NCBI GenBank assembly: GCA_963702845.1 | Contig: OY969763.1 | Location: 2,816,001 to 2,880,000, forward strand | Reading direction: 5' to 3' | Source: an uncultured Verrucomicrobiae bacterium | GTDB lineage: Bacteria > Verrucomicrobiota > Verrucomicrobiia > Limisphaerales > Palsa-1400 | Length of the DNA: 64,000 nucleotides | Shown here: positions 39,626-50,059 of the stretch, piece by piece | How positions within the stretch are numbered: position 1 is the stretch's first letter | How the letters are laid out: every line of letters starts with the position of its first letter | Position numbers and translations under genes: made by a program | The notes under the pieces: model-generated | Databases searched by the model: none | The model's input: only the letters and a program-made list of their open reading frames with translations | What the model was told of the DNA's origin: nothing

Positions 39626-41891
39626 ATGAAGCCCCAGTTCACTACACGCTGGTTCATCATCTCTTCATTAATAGCTGCGTTGGCCGCGCACGCCGGAAGT
39701 TTTCTCGGCGCAATTTTAACGACGACCAAGGGTCACTGGTCGGCTGATCACGATGCTCGACGGTGCGACCGTCGACATCACCGGCGGCCCCGACGGCAGC
39801 GGATGCATGAAAATGACTTTGGCGACGAACAACGTTGACGGAGGATTTATATTGCCGGACCTTGATCCCGGAAATCGCATCCAAAGCTTCGTAGCGACCT
39901 TCAATGCCACATGGGAAACGGCACCGCGACGCCAGCAGACGGTTTCGCATTCAACTTCGGTGCCGCTCCTGCTAACTCCACTTTCGGCCCGGCGGGAATC
40001 ATTTACGGGGCAGGTCTGACGGGAATCTCTGTCGGATTCGACACTTATGACAATGGCACCGCCGACGACCAGGAAGCGCCAGAATGCTGCGTGCGCATGT
40101 ATCTCACCCGGCAATTCGCCCCAACTCGTCGCGCGTCGCAAGCTGACAAACCAATTGAAGACAGGCGGCGGCTATGTTCCGGTCATGATCCGCATGAACG
40201 TCGGCGGAACATTGGACGTGTATTGGAACAACGTAGCCCTTTTCACCAACTTGTTTTTGACCGGGACCGAAGCAACCGGTTGGCGCTTCAGCTTCACCGC
40301 TAAAACCGGCGGCTTATATCAAGAGCATTGGATCGACGATCTAAACATCACGACAGTGCAGCAACCGTCCTATCGCCACTACGTCAAATCCGCCTATCCG
40401 ATCGGCAATAATTCCCTCGCCAACGTCACCAATGCCATCGTGCAAATTCCACTACAAAACGACGTCGATACGAATCTGACCACAATGACATTCAACGGTG
40501 TTCAAGTCCCGATCACATGGACCAGCAACGGTGCGGGCAAACCAGTTGCGACCTACGATCCGCAAGGCTTGCCCCCCGGCTCTGTCAACACCGCGACGAT
40601 GAGCATTGTCGATTCCAGCGGGCCCGCCGAAGTGATGACGTGGACCTTCAGCATCACCAACGCGCCTTTATGGACCCTTGCCCCCGGTTCGCGACCCTAT
40701 CTTAGCGCAACCAGCGAAACCACGGTCCCAAAATGCCGAAGTCTAGCCTATAATCCATTGTCAAACGTCGTCTATATCGCCAGCAGAGAAACTGCCGCCA
40801 ACGGCAACATTTATGTCCTCGATGCCAATACGGGCGCTGATTTGTTCCAATTGAACACGGCAGTCGTCACCGCCACCGGCAACCTTCCATTAAACTGTGT
40901 TGCTGTGGGCGACGATGGCACCGTTTACGCCGCCAACGAACCGACTGCAAACCAAACCGGCATGATCTATCGCTGGCGTTTTCCGGATAGCAGCACCCCC
41001 GGCGAAGTTGTCTATCAAGGTGTGATCAGTGGTAGTTACCGGACTCTGGACTGTTTTGACGTGCGCGGGAATTATACGAACGCTCTCTTCCTAACCGATG
41101 CGCAACAGGCAGCCGTCTCCTTTCTGTTTACAACGAGTGACGGAGTCAACTGGACCCCAAATTCTTTCACTCATCCTTACACCGGAACGCAAATTGGGCG
41201 GCAAATACAATTCGGACCGACCAACACTTATTTCCTCAAAAAGAAACAAGCGTCCACCAGTACGCCTGCCCTTCCGTTAGACCTGCTCACCGCCTACAAC
41301 ACCACGCCGGGCGATCAGTCGAGCGCAACAGTTTTAAGCTCCGTCGCGGATTATCATTATCAACTCGGTGCAATGGGCATCGATATCAGCAACAATATCG
41401 GCGCCGGCGTGTTCTTTTCTTCCGTTGCCGGCGATTACGACCGTCTCTATCTATATGATCTCTCAAATCTCAACAGCCCATTGATGGTCGCCACCTACAA
41501 CGCCCCACTGGCCGGCAACGGTAGCGCCCAGCAATGCTACAATTTCCCCGTCGCGCACATCGCCAACGCCAACTGGATCGCGCAAGTCGCCATCGGCGGC
41601 GGAAAGATTTTCGCCATCGATGCCAACAACGGCATCATCGCCGTTCCGGAATTCCCCCCAGCAAAAACCATCATTGTCCCTCCGCCGGCCCCAAAAATGT
41701 CGGTGGTATCCAGCAACGGTTCGGTCGTGATCTCGTGGCCGGTCACGGGCGCTGGCGAAGTTTTGCAGGCAAACCCGACACTCGCTTCCGGAAATTGGTT
41801 GAACACCGGCCTCTCGCCTGTGACTGCAAACGGCACAAACACCGTGACCATCACTCCGACCAGCGCAAATTTTTATCGCCTCGCGAAGTGA
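39626..41891 (+). CDS. Secreted protein: lectin-like N-terminus, beta-propeller-like region and Verrucomicrobia-type C-terminal domain; about 3 frameshifts in the 5' part
   Basis: PADGFAFNFG and FDTYDNG lie in shifted frames; C-terminus VVISWP...LQ...W...NFYRLAK. Confidence 0.65.
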
Positions 41892-41936
41892 GCTGATTTG
41901 CAATTTAGAACGAATCCTGACAACTTGATTTGAAAT

Positions 41937-42248
41937 ATGTCCAGTATTGGAAAACTGATGAAACAGGCTGCTCGCATGCAGCAGCAGATGACCGAAATCC
42001 AGGCCCAGCTCGCGGCGCGCAAAGTTGAAGGAACCAGCGGCGGCGGCGCCGTCAAGGTCACCGCCACGTGCGACGGTTCGCTCGCCTCCATCAAGATTGA
42101 TCCGCAGACGCTCAATCCGAATGACGCGCAGTTGCTCGAAGACATGATTATTGCTGCGGTGAACCAGGCGTTGGCTCAGGCGAAGGAAATCTCCAGCGCT
42201 GAAATGGGCAAAGCCACTTCCGGATTCAATATTCCAGGACTGACTTGA
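41937..42248 (+). CDS. ybaB: YbaB/EbfC nucleoid-associated protein
   Basis: MKQAARMQ, SGGGAVKV, LEDMIIAAVNQA; upstream of recR. Confidence 0.93.
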   Translation: MSSIGKLMKQAARMQQQMTEIQAQLAARKVEGTSGGGAVKVTATCDGSLASIKIDPQTLNPNDAQLLEDMIIAAVNQALAQAKEISSAEMGKATSGFNIPGLT

Positions 42249-42856
42249 TGGCCGCCTTGCCCGACGCCATCACGAACCTGATCGCCGCTCTCGGAAAACT
42301 TCCCGGCATCGGCCCGCGTTCCGCCGAACGCCTCGCTTTGTTTTTAGTCCAAAGTGAAAGCTCCGCCGTGCGCGACCTCGCTAACATGCTCGTGCAAGCG
42401 CGCGAAAAGGTGAAGCTCTGTTCAATTTGCGGAGCACTGACCGAATACGATCCTTGCGCTGTCTGTTCAGATGCGAGACGCGATGCATCAATCATTTGCA
42501 TCGTCGAACGTCCGACCGACATTCTTAGCATCGAAAAAATGGCAGGCTTTCGCGGCAAATATCACGTGCTCGGCGGGAAAATTTCTCCACTGAACGGCGT
42601 CGAACCCGAAGACTTGCGCATCGCCGAATTGGAACAGCGGATGACTCGCGAACCAATCAAAGAACTGATTCTCGCATTGAGCACCGACGTCGAAGGTGAC
42701 GCGACGAGTTTCTATCTCGCAAAACGTTGGAAGGACAAAGACATCAAAGTTTCACGAATCGCGTATGGCCTGCCCGCCGGCAGCGGCCTGGAGTTCGCCG
42801 ATGAAATCACGTTGAGCCGCGCACTGGAAGGCCGGCGCGCCATGGACCAATTGTAA
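42248..42856 (+). CDS. recR: Recombination mediator RecR
   Basis: LPGIGPRSAER, C4 zinc finger, YHVLGG, EGDAT. Confidence 0.97.
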   Translation: MAALPDAITNLIAALGKLPGIGPRSAERLALFLVQSESSAVRDLANMLVQAREKVKLCSICGALTEYDPCAVCSDARRDASIICIVERPTDILSIEKMAGFRGKYHVLGGKISPLNGVEPEDLRIAELEQRMTREPIKELILALSTDVEGDATSFYLAKRWKDKDIKVSRIAYGLPAGSGLEFADEITLSRALEGRRAMDQL

Positions 42857-42858
42857 GT

Positions 42859-43473
42859 ATGCCAGTTCCGTCCGTTGTAGTTTTCGATTTGGGCAAAGTC
42901 CTCGTGGATTTTGACTACGGCATTGCTTCCAGCAAAATCGCCAAAACTTGCGGCATGGAATTAGCCGCGGTGAAAAAGGTTATCGATCAATCGCCGTTGC
43001 TCTATCGCTTCGAAACCGGTCTGATTACGAACGAACAATTTTACAAAGAAATTTGTTCGCACACCGGCTTCCGAGATTCGTTCGAAATATTCTGCGGCCA
43101 TTTCGCCGACATTTTCTGGGAGATCGAACCAATGATCGCGTGGAACGCGACGCTCCGTCGCAAGGGAATTCCGACCTACATTTTTTCGAATACAAACGGT
43201 ATCGCTGTCCGCCACATCCGTGAACGCTTCCCGTTCTTTGCGAATTTCAACAGCCACATCCTGTCTTATGAGCACGGCTGCATGAAACCAGATGCCGCAA
43301 TTTATGAAGTCGTTGAGAAACAAACCGGTCGCAAAGGTGCGGATATTTTCTATATAGATGACCGTTCCGAGAACATCGAAGCAGGTCTCAAGCGCGGTTG
43401 GCAGACGCACGTTCATTCAAACCCGCAGCAGACGTTTGATGTCGCGAAAAAATTAGGCCTACCTCTGGACTAG
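42859..43473 (+). CDS. HAD-family phosphatase
   Basis: FDLGKVL, SNTN, KPD, IDD. Confidence 0.9.
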   Translation: MPVPSVVVFDLGKVLVDFDYGIASSKIAKTCGMELAAVKKVIDQSPLLYRFETGLITNEQFYKEICSHTGFRDSFEIFCGHFADIFWEIEPMIAWNATLRRKGIPTYIFSNTNGIAVRHIRERFPFFANFNSHILSYEHGCMKPDAAIYEVVEKQTGRKGADIFYIDDRSENIEAGLKRGWQTHVHSNPQQTFDVAKKLGLPLD

Positions 43474-43515
43474 TTTCTTCTTCCGTCTTTTTGCAACATC
43501 GCTACGATTTGTCGC

Positions 43516-44268
43516 GTGCGAGCCATCATCATTGCAGCAGGTCGTGGACGGCGTTTGATGCCGACGACCGCTGATTCTCCGAAGTGTTTTGCAGAGGTAA
43601 AAGGCAAACGTTTGCTGGACTGGTCGCTGCAAGCGTTTGCGGCCAACGGCATCAAAGACGTTTGCTTCATCGGCGGATACCAGATTGAAAAAGTGCGCCG
43701 TGATTATCCGTATTTCACGTTCCGCGTTAACGACAATTGGGAAAACAACAATATCCTAGCCTCGCTCATGTATGCCGAGGACTTGATGAACGAGCCCTTC
43801 ATCTGCACGTATGCAGACGTCCTTTACACCGCCGACGTTGTCGCCCGCCTGTTGCAAGGCCGCGGGGATATTGTCCTTTCAGTCGATACGAAGTGGCTCG
43901 ATAGATACGTCCATCGCACCATGCATCCACCAACCGACGCGGAAAAAGTGACGACACAAAACGGACACGTCACGCGTGTTCATCGCGGCATCGCGACCGA
44001 AGAAGCGCACGGAGAATACACCGGCCTTGCGAAGTTTTCAGCCGCAGGCGGTGAAGCTCTGCGCAAACATTTTCATCAACGCCGCGCACAATTTTCCGGT
44101 AAGCCGTATCGTGAAGCAGCGGTTTTCGAGAAGGCTTATCTCATCCATCTCTTGCAAGACATGATCGAGAACGGCGCGAAAATGGCACACGCGGACACGC
44201 CGGGTAGTTATATGGAAGTGGACACGCAACAGGACTTCGAACTCGCAAAGCAACTTTGGCAAGGATAA
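43516..44268 (+). CDS. Phosphocholine cytidylyltransferase-like nucleotidyltransferase
   Basis: AAGRGRRL...PKC, EVDTQQD. Confidence 0.85.
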   Translation: MRAIIIAAGRGRRLMPTTADSPKCFAEVKGKRLLDWSLQAFAANGIKDVCFIGGYQIEKVRRDYPYFTFRVNDNWENNNILASLMYAEDLMNEPFICTYADVLYTADVVARLLQGRGDIVLSVDTKWLDRYVHRTMHPPTDAEKVTTQNGHVTRVHRGIATEEAHGEYTGLAKFSAAGGEALRKHFHQRRAQFSGKPYREAAVFEKAYLIHLLQDMIENGAKMAHADTPGSYMEVDTQQDFELAKQLWQG

Positions 44269-44271
44269 CAC

Positions 44272-45336
44272 ATGGCAAAAACACTCTTCCCCACTTCGGT
44301 TGTCGGATCGATGCCGCGTTCGGCCTTCGTTCTCGACTTGATCAACGACAAACCGCCGCTCTCCCCCGAGCGTTACGAAAAGGAAATGGACGCGGCCATC
44401 CGTTACATCGTCGCGTTGCAGGAGCATGCGGGTTTGGACGTAGTGACAGATGGCGAATGGCGACGTAAATCGTATATTGGCGTCATCGCCGAATTGGCGC
44501 ACGGTTTCGAACTCGGTTACAATCCTGAAGATGGACGCCCGTGGACGATCGTCGTCGACAAGCTTTCCGCCAAAAAACCCGGCTTCATCGCCAACGAAAT
44601 CACGTTCCTAAAAAAACTCACGAATCGAACGATCAAAGCCACATTGCCCTCCCCTGCTCTATTGGGTGAACGCATGTGGCATCCGGAAAGATCGAAGAAG
44701 GCATACCCGAACCGCGATGATTTTGTCCGTGATTGCGTGCCGGTGTTGCACCGCGAATTGGAACTAATCAAAAAAGCCGGCGCTGATATCGCGCAAATCG
44801 ATGATCCGCACCTTTGCCTTTTCGTCGATCCCAAAGTACGCGCGCAATATTCGAATGCCGATGCAGCAGCGGATTTTTCCGTCGATATGGTCAATCAGCT
44901 TGTCGATGGCGTGAAAGATATCAGACTTGCCGTGCATCTTTGCCGTCGTGCCGGTGCGCGTGTCCGTGGTGAAGCGCAATTCCAAGGCGGCTACGATCCC
45001 ATTCTCTCCCAGCTAAACCGGTTGAAAGTAAATCATCTGACGATGGAATTCACCGCGCCGGGTGCTGGTGACATGGCCGTGTTCAAGAAATTGCGTGAAG
45101 ATCTCGAGATCGGCTTGGGCTGCGTCAGCGTTGCGCCCGGACAAGTGGACTCGGCAGAAACGATCGTCAAGCGTGTTGAACAGGCGCTGCAATTTCTCGC
45201 GCCGGAACGAATCACTTTGAATCCAGATTGCGGTTTCGCTCCTGGCTCAGGCGCTGTCGTGAGCATGGACGAAGCCTACCAGAAACTGCGGAACGAAGTC
45301 GCCGCCGCCGAAATCTTACGCGCGAAGCACGGCTAA
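44272..45336 (+). CDS. Cobalamin-independent methionine synthase II family (single barrel)
   Basis: VGSMPR, DGEWRR, QIDDP, HLC, E, NPDCGF zinc ligands. Confidence 0.88.
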   Translation: MAKTLFPTSVVGSMPRSAFVLDLINDKPPLSPERYEKEMDAAIRYIVALQEHAGLDVVTDGEWRRKSYIGVIAELAHGFELGYNPEDGRPWTIVVDKLSAKKPGFIANEITFLKKLTNRTIKATLPSPALLGERMWHPERSKKAYPNRDDFVRDCVPVLHRELELIKKAGADIAQIDDPHLCLFVDPKVRAQYSNADAAADFSVDMVNQLVDGVKDIRLAVHLCRRAGARVRGEAQFQGGYDPILSQLNRLKVNHLTMEFTAPGAGDMAVFKKLREDLEIGLGCVSVAPGQVDSAETIVKRVEQALQFLAPERITLNPDCGFAPGSGAVVSMDEAYQKLRNEVAAAEILRAKHG

Positions 45337-45599
45337 CCGGCGGCTTGTTTGGCCTGCACGGCTTTAGCCATCGCACTGACCGATTGCAGAGTTTCCTTTG
45401 CTTTGGCGGCGTCAGGAATTTTCAGGCCGAAGTTTTTGTCGAGAGCTACGACGAGTTGAAGGGCGTCGACGGAATCGAGGCCAAGGCTCCCGGGACCGAA
45501 AAGCGGCTGGTCGTCACCGATTTCGGCAGGAGTAATTTTGAGCATCAAGTTTTCGACCATGATTGCTTTGATCTGTTGTCGCAGTTCAGCTTCGTTCAT
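45333..45599 (-). CDS. Acyl carrier protein
   Basis: GLDSVDAL. Confidence 0.92.
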   Translation of the reverse strand: MNEAELRQQIKAIMVENLMLKITPAEIGDDQPLFGPGSLGLDSVDALQLVVALDKNFGLKIPDAAKAKETLQSVSAMAKAVQAKQAAG

Positions 45600-46331
45600 T
45601 CAGACTAATCCTCCATCAATTTTCAAAACAGCACCAGTGACATAACTTGCGTCGTCACTGGCAAAAAAGAGTATTGCGCCGGTGATATCTTCCGGCTTGG
45701 CAAGGCGGCGCATCGGGATGCGCTGGCGAATGGCGTCGAGTTCCTGCGCGGCAATGCTGTTGAGGGCTTCAGTCTCAACGTAGCCGGGGCAAATCGCATT
45801 GACCGTGATGCCGATGCGGGCGACTTCTTTAGCGAGCGATTGTGTCAACGCAACGACGCCTGCTTTAGCAGCGGCATAATTGGTTTGCCCAGCGGGAGCA
45901 ACGATGGCGCTCAAGGAAGCGATGTTGATAATCCGGCCTCGGCGCTGGCCGATCATTGTCGGCAACACTGCCTGACATCCGTGGAAGACGGAATCGAGAT
46001 TGGCGTCGAGAACGCTCGTCCATGATTCCTGCGACATCGTGGCGAGAAGACTGTCATCGTGACGACCGGCGTTATTGACGAGGACGTCGATGCTCTTGCT
46101 GCGCTCGGCAATTGTGGCGACGCATTTTTTCCATGCGTCAGGTTTGGTGACGTCAAGTGTTATGCAGGCGCAGCGGTTCGGGAATTCGTTCGCGACCTGG
46201 TCTGCGTGGTCGCGTCGTTCTCGGACGGTAAGCCAGACAAAGTCTTCGGGATTGCGGCGTAAGAACGCTCGTGCCATTTCCGCGCCGAGCCGGCCATTGC
46301 CGCCGGTGATGATAATAGTGCGTTGGGCCAT
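45600..46331 (-). CDS. 3-oxoacyl-ACP reductase (FabG-like)
   Basis: TGGNGRLG, NNAG, YAAAKAG. Confidence 0.9.
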   Translation of the reverse strand: MAQRTIIITGGNGRLGAEMARAFLRRNPEDFVWLTVRERRDHADQVANEFPNRCACITLDVTKPDAWKKCVATIAERSKSIDVLVNNAGRHDDSLLATMSQESWTSVLDANLDSVFHGCQAVLPTMIGQRRGRIINIASLSAIVAPAGQTNYAAAKAGVVALTQSLAKEVARIGITVNAICPGYVETEALNSIAAQELDAIRQRIPMRRLAKPEDITGAILFFASDDASYVTGAVLKIDGGLV

Positions 46332-47363
46332 CTATTTATTTTGCACGAAGCATGCGCCAACGGCTTGCTGGAGACAACCACCGATGCTGACGAGAGCGTT
46401 GTTTGCGGTGTTTTGTTTAAGGGCATCGACCGCGGCGACACATTGCCATGCCGAACCCGCCATCATTCCTTCACCGAGAACTGTCTTGGGAGAAATGCGC
46501 GGCTGTGACCAATCAGACCAAACAGCATCGTCCGACTTGTCGTAGTTTTTCAAACCCACGCGGCTATCGCACAATAACGAAGCCTCACTGGCGAGCGGCA
46601 TCAAATCGGCGCGCACGTGTTTTGTCGCGCCAAGTTTTTCCGCTTGGTTTGAATAGAGATGTGGGTCGGTAATGCCGGTGAGTTCAACGGCGCTGGAGCC
46701 CTCCACGCGTTGTCGGTTTGAAACATACAACGCACCAGCCCCCTCGCTACAAACAACACGGGGTGAAAACAAATGAAACGCATCCAAAATAGGCCAGTCG
46801 ATTTCCTCAGCACCGACCACGACACAACCGTCAACGAGGTCCTGATCGAGCCAATCTGCAGCGAGCGCCAAACCTTCTAAAAACCCGCTGGTGTCACCGA
46901 GCAAAGTGTAATTGATAGCGGGACTCGGAAGCACGGCGGCGACGTGACTGCTGGGAGCATTGAAAACCGTTTCGGCGAAGACGAGCGGGCTGGCGGTTGC
47001 GGGATCATGCCAGGCTTCGTGGTAAAAGCGGCGCGTAAATTGGACACATCCGGCGAGCACACAAAGGACGATGCCGATGCGTTCGGTTTTTGGATCGGCC
47101 TTGGCATCAGCAATGGCTTGCAAGGTGGCACTGGCGGCGAAACTGGTAATCGGTGTTGTCCGGCGAAGGCGCGCGTTGGCAAAAATTGCTGGAACTGGAT
47201 TCGGCGGAGGCACGCGGCGGCAGGCCAATGGTTGCAACCAACCCGGTCGCTGCACGCAGGCGTTTGCGGGAACCTGGTCGTTGGCCAATGCATTGCGCAA
47301 TGCTTCAACGCTCCAGCCAACTGGCGACACTGCACCTATTCCATTTACGAATACGCGCTTCAC
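46332..47363 (-). CDS. Non-catalytic ketosynthase (chain-length-factor-like)
   Basis: KS N-terminal fold, SPLVFAETVFNAP; GDTSG in place of the catalytic Cys. Confidence 0.75.
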   Translation of the reverse strand: MKRVFVNGIGAVSPVGWSVEALRNALANDQVPANACVQRPGWLQPLACRRVPPPNPVPAIFANARLRRTTPITSFAASATLQAIADAKADPKTERIGIVLCVLAGCVQFTRRFYHEAWHDPATASPLVFAETVFNAPSSHVAAVLPSPAINYTLLGDTSGFLEGLALAADWLDQDLVDGCVVVGAEEIDWPILDAFHLFSPRVVCSEGAGALYVSNRQRVEGSSAVELTGITDPHLYSNQAEKLGATKHVRADLMPLASEASLLCDSRVGLKNYDKSDDAVWSDWSQPRISPKTVLGEGMMAGSAWQCVAAVDALKQNTANNALVSIGGCLQQAVGACFVQNK

Positions 47364-48613
47364 TCCGCCCTCCGGAAAATGACGCTGGCATTGGCACCAC
47401 CAAAACCAAAAGAGTTGCTAAGCGCGTATTGGAGCGGCGCGTCAGTCGGTTTGAGGACCAACGGAAATTTGCAAGCGGGGTCGGCAATTTGCGTGCTGCA
47501 CATCGGCGGCAACCATTGACCTTGCAGCGCCATCAAGCAAATAGCGGCCTCGACCGCTCCCGCCGCTCCAAGCAGATGGCCGACGCTGGCTTTCGTGGAA
47601 CTCACATGCACACGCGACGCAGCTTCCCCTGCCCAGCGCGAAATCGCGGCAGCTTCGGCGGCATCGTTTAGAGTCGTTCCTGTGCCGTGCGCATTGATGT
47701 ATTTGATCTGTTCGGTTTTCAACCCAGCCGATGCACACGCTGCAGACATCGATGCCAAGGCAGCGTTTCCTTCAGGTTGAGGCTGCGTCAGGTGGTGGCA
47801 ATCCGTCGCTGCTCCGTAACCGACGATTTCACCGATAGATTTTGCACCGCGCGCTTGAGCGTGCTCGGCGGATTCAAAAATAAAAACTGCGGCCCCTTCA
47901 CCCAAAGCCAAGCCATTGCGATTCGCATCGAATGGACGGCATTGTGTCGGCGACAGTGCTTGGAGCGAATCGAAACCAGTGAAAACCATTTCGCAAAGCG
48001 CATCATACCCGCCGGTCACCACAACGTCCGCCTGGCGATTGCGCACCATTTCAAACGCGTGCCCGACGGCGTTGGAACCGGACGCGCAGGCGTTGGCGAT
48101 GGTGATGGTTTGTCCAGCGATTCCAAGGGCCTCGGCGAGCGTTGCGATTTGGGTTTGTGCGAGATACTGCAGGACGCGCGTAGCTTGTTTTGTTTTTGCA
48201 AGCGGTTGTTCGATGGCCGTTCGATAATAGGACTGCCCCATGGTCATGCCGCCACTCGTCGTTCCGAGAACGATAGGCGTTTTGTGCAATGACGCCGCGC
48301 TCAGATCCAGTTTGGATTGGCCCAGCGCTTCATCAGCAGCGGTGAGCAAAAGTTCCGCGGCGCGATCAAGGCGGTGCGTGGCGCGCGAGTGCAACTTCAT
48401 TGTTGGGACATCGGACGGGATGTCCGCTTCCGCAGCGACTTTGGTGCGATGCTTTGACACATCAAACAAAGTCACGCCACGAAAAGCGCGGCGTCCGGTG
48501 CGAAAACCTTCCGCGTTTTGATTCCAGCCCCGCCCCAGAGACGTAATGATGCCGACGCCGGTAATCACGACGCGAGCAGATGACGATGAGCCCCTTGGAC
48601 GCGGAAAAAGCAC
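47360..48613 (-). CDS. Beta-ketoacyl-ACP synthase
   Basis: ANACASG, HGTGT, GHLLGAAG, NSFGFGG. Confidence 0.92.
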   Translation of the reverse strand: MLFPRPRGSSSSARVVITGVGIITSLGRGWNQNAEGFRTGRRAFRGVTLFDVSKHRTKVAAEADIPSDVPTMKLHSRATHRLDRAAELLLTAADEALGQSKLDLSAASLHKTPIVLGTTSGGMTMGQSYYRTAIEQPLAKTKQATRVLQYLAQTQIATLAEALGIAGQTITIANACASGSNAVGHAFEMVRNRQADVVVTGGYDALCEMVFTGFDSLQALSPTQCRPFDANRNGLALGEGAAVFIFESAEHAQARGAKSIGEIVGYGAATDCHHLTQPQPEGNAALASMSAACASAGLKTEQIKYINAHGTGTTLNDAAEAAAISRWAGEAASRVHVSSTKASVGHLLGAAGAVEAAICLMALQGQWLPPMCSTQIADPACKFPLVLKPTDAPLQYALSNSFGFGGANASVIFRRAE

Positions 48614-48827
48614 TGCGTAAAGAAGTCTTAAACGCTATGTGTTTTCAAGGTTAAACGTGTGTTTTGCGGGCATTACATTTTGAATGTGGCCATTCCGTTC
48701 TGAACTATTGGGCATTGCCTCCAACATCGTTTTGCTGTTTTGGACGAACACACCAACATCTAGCCACATGCTAGCATCGCACTGGCGAGTATCTGATAAG
48801 GGGAAACCGCCAAACATGTATCCGAAA

Positions 48828-50018
48828 TTATTCCGACTTCGCCAATCTGCCATCGCTTCGAACGCGCAAACGTTGGCCGCGCCAAATGACGGTGTTGCCG
48901 ACAAACGAAAGAGCCCAAACGGCAACTCCCAAAAGATCGCTGACCGGCGCCAGCCAGAAACAGCTGAGATGTTTGTTCGATTGCGTCAGCCTGCTCTGCA
49001 GATGGATCGCAGTGATCATGCGAAAGAACAAAAAGCCAGCGGCACAGAGCGCGGCTTCTGGATCAATGATCATCCAAAGCACAGGCCACACCGAGGCGTT
49101 GTTCAGGATGCTCATAAAATATGGCAACGGTTGGCAGATGCGGATAGTGCGCGCCCAACGTAATTGATGCGCCCAAACTTTTCCCCATGATTGCTGCGCT
49201 TCGTAGCAATCAACGGCGATTGTTGAGAACTCGATACGCTTTCCGGATTTGGCAACGCGGCGGCCAAGTTCGTAATCGTCGGCGAGATAATCAGCCAGTG
49301 CTTTGAAGCCGCCGATTTTTTTAAGCTGCGCCTTCGGCAAGGCCATGACAGCGCCGAGAGCAAACTCAACTTTCTGAATGCTACGCGATTGCAGGACCTG
49401 GCTCCAAAAATCGGCGTTCACAGCCACCGCTTCCCAGCGCATCGCGAGCGTGCTCGGATTAGCGAGACGGTAAAAACAATTCACTAGACCGATCGTTGCG
49501 TCTTCAAACATTGGCACCACGTTCGCCAAAAACTCAAATGGGACGAACACATCGGAATCGCTAACAATGACCAACTCGTGCGCGATTGCCGGTTCCAGTT
49601 GGGCAAGGCTGGAAACTTTTCCGTTCGTGCCGATCGTCTGGTCGCAGATTATCAATTCGGCGTTACACTTCGGGTGCTCAGCCATTAGCTCGCTGACGAC
49701 GGTGCAAACCGGGTCGTCAGGTGACGCGACACCGAAGAGAATCTGCACAGGCCCGGCATGCTGTTGAGTCATCCAGCTTTTAAGGCAGCGTTTGGTTTCG
49801 GCATCGCACCCGCGTAAAGGTTTTAAAACCGTGACACCCTTTGACGAAGGCGGCGCGAGACTTCGGCGATGTAACGGAAAACGGCACGCCACGGCCCAGC
49901 GCCAAAACGTCAGCGCCAAACTTAAGTAGGCCAATATGGCAAACGCCAGTTTCAAGGTGGAGACACTAAACAGACGCGGTCGCGTCAGCAAGCGGCTTGA
50001 GGCATGGCGCAGATACAA
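48828..50018 (-). CDS. HpnI / ceramide glucosyltransferase-like GT2 (start probably about 49955)
   Basis: KPLRG, NGKV, SDSD, LADDY, QLRWARTIR. Confidence 0.87.
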   Translation of the reverse strand: MYLRHASSRLLTRPRLFSVSTLKLAFAILAYLSLALTFWRWAVACRFPLHRRSLAPPSSKGVTVLKPLRGCDAETKRCLKSWMTQQHAGPVQILFGVASPDDPVCTVVSELMAEHPKCNAELIICDQTIGTNGKVSSLAQLEPAIAHELVIVSDSDVFVPFEFLANVVPMFEDATIGLVNCFYRLANPSTLAMRWEAVAVNADFWSQVLQSRSIQKVEFALGAVMALPKAQLKKIGGFKALADYLADDYELGRRVAKSGKRIEFSTIAVDCYEAQQSWGKVWAHQLRWARTIRICQPLPYFMSILNNASVWPVLWMIIDPEAALCAAGFLFFRMITAIHLQSRLTQSNKHLSCFWLAPVSDLLGVAVWALSFVGNTVIWRGQRLRVRSDGRLAKSE

Positions 50019-50059
50019 ACCGCTTGCTGACGCGCCCGGCTCTGCTAGCCTGCCGCGCG

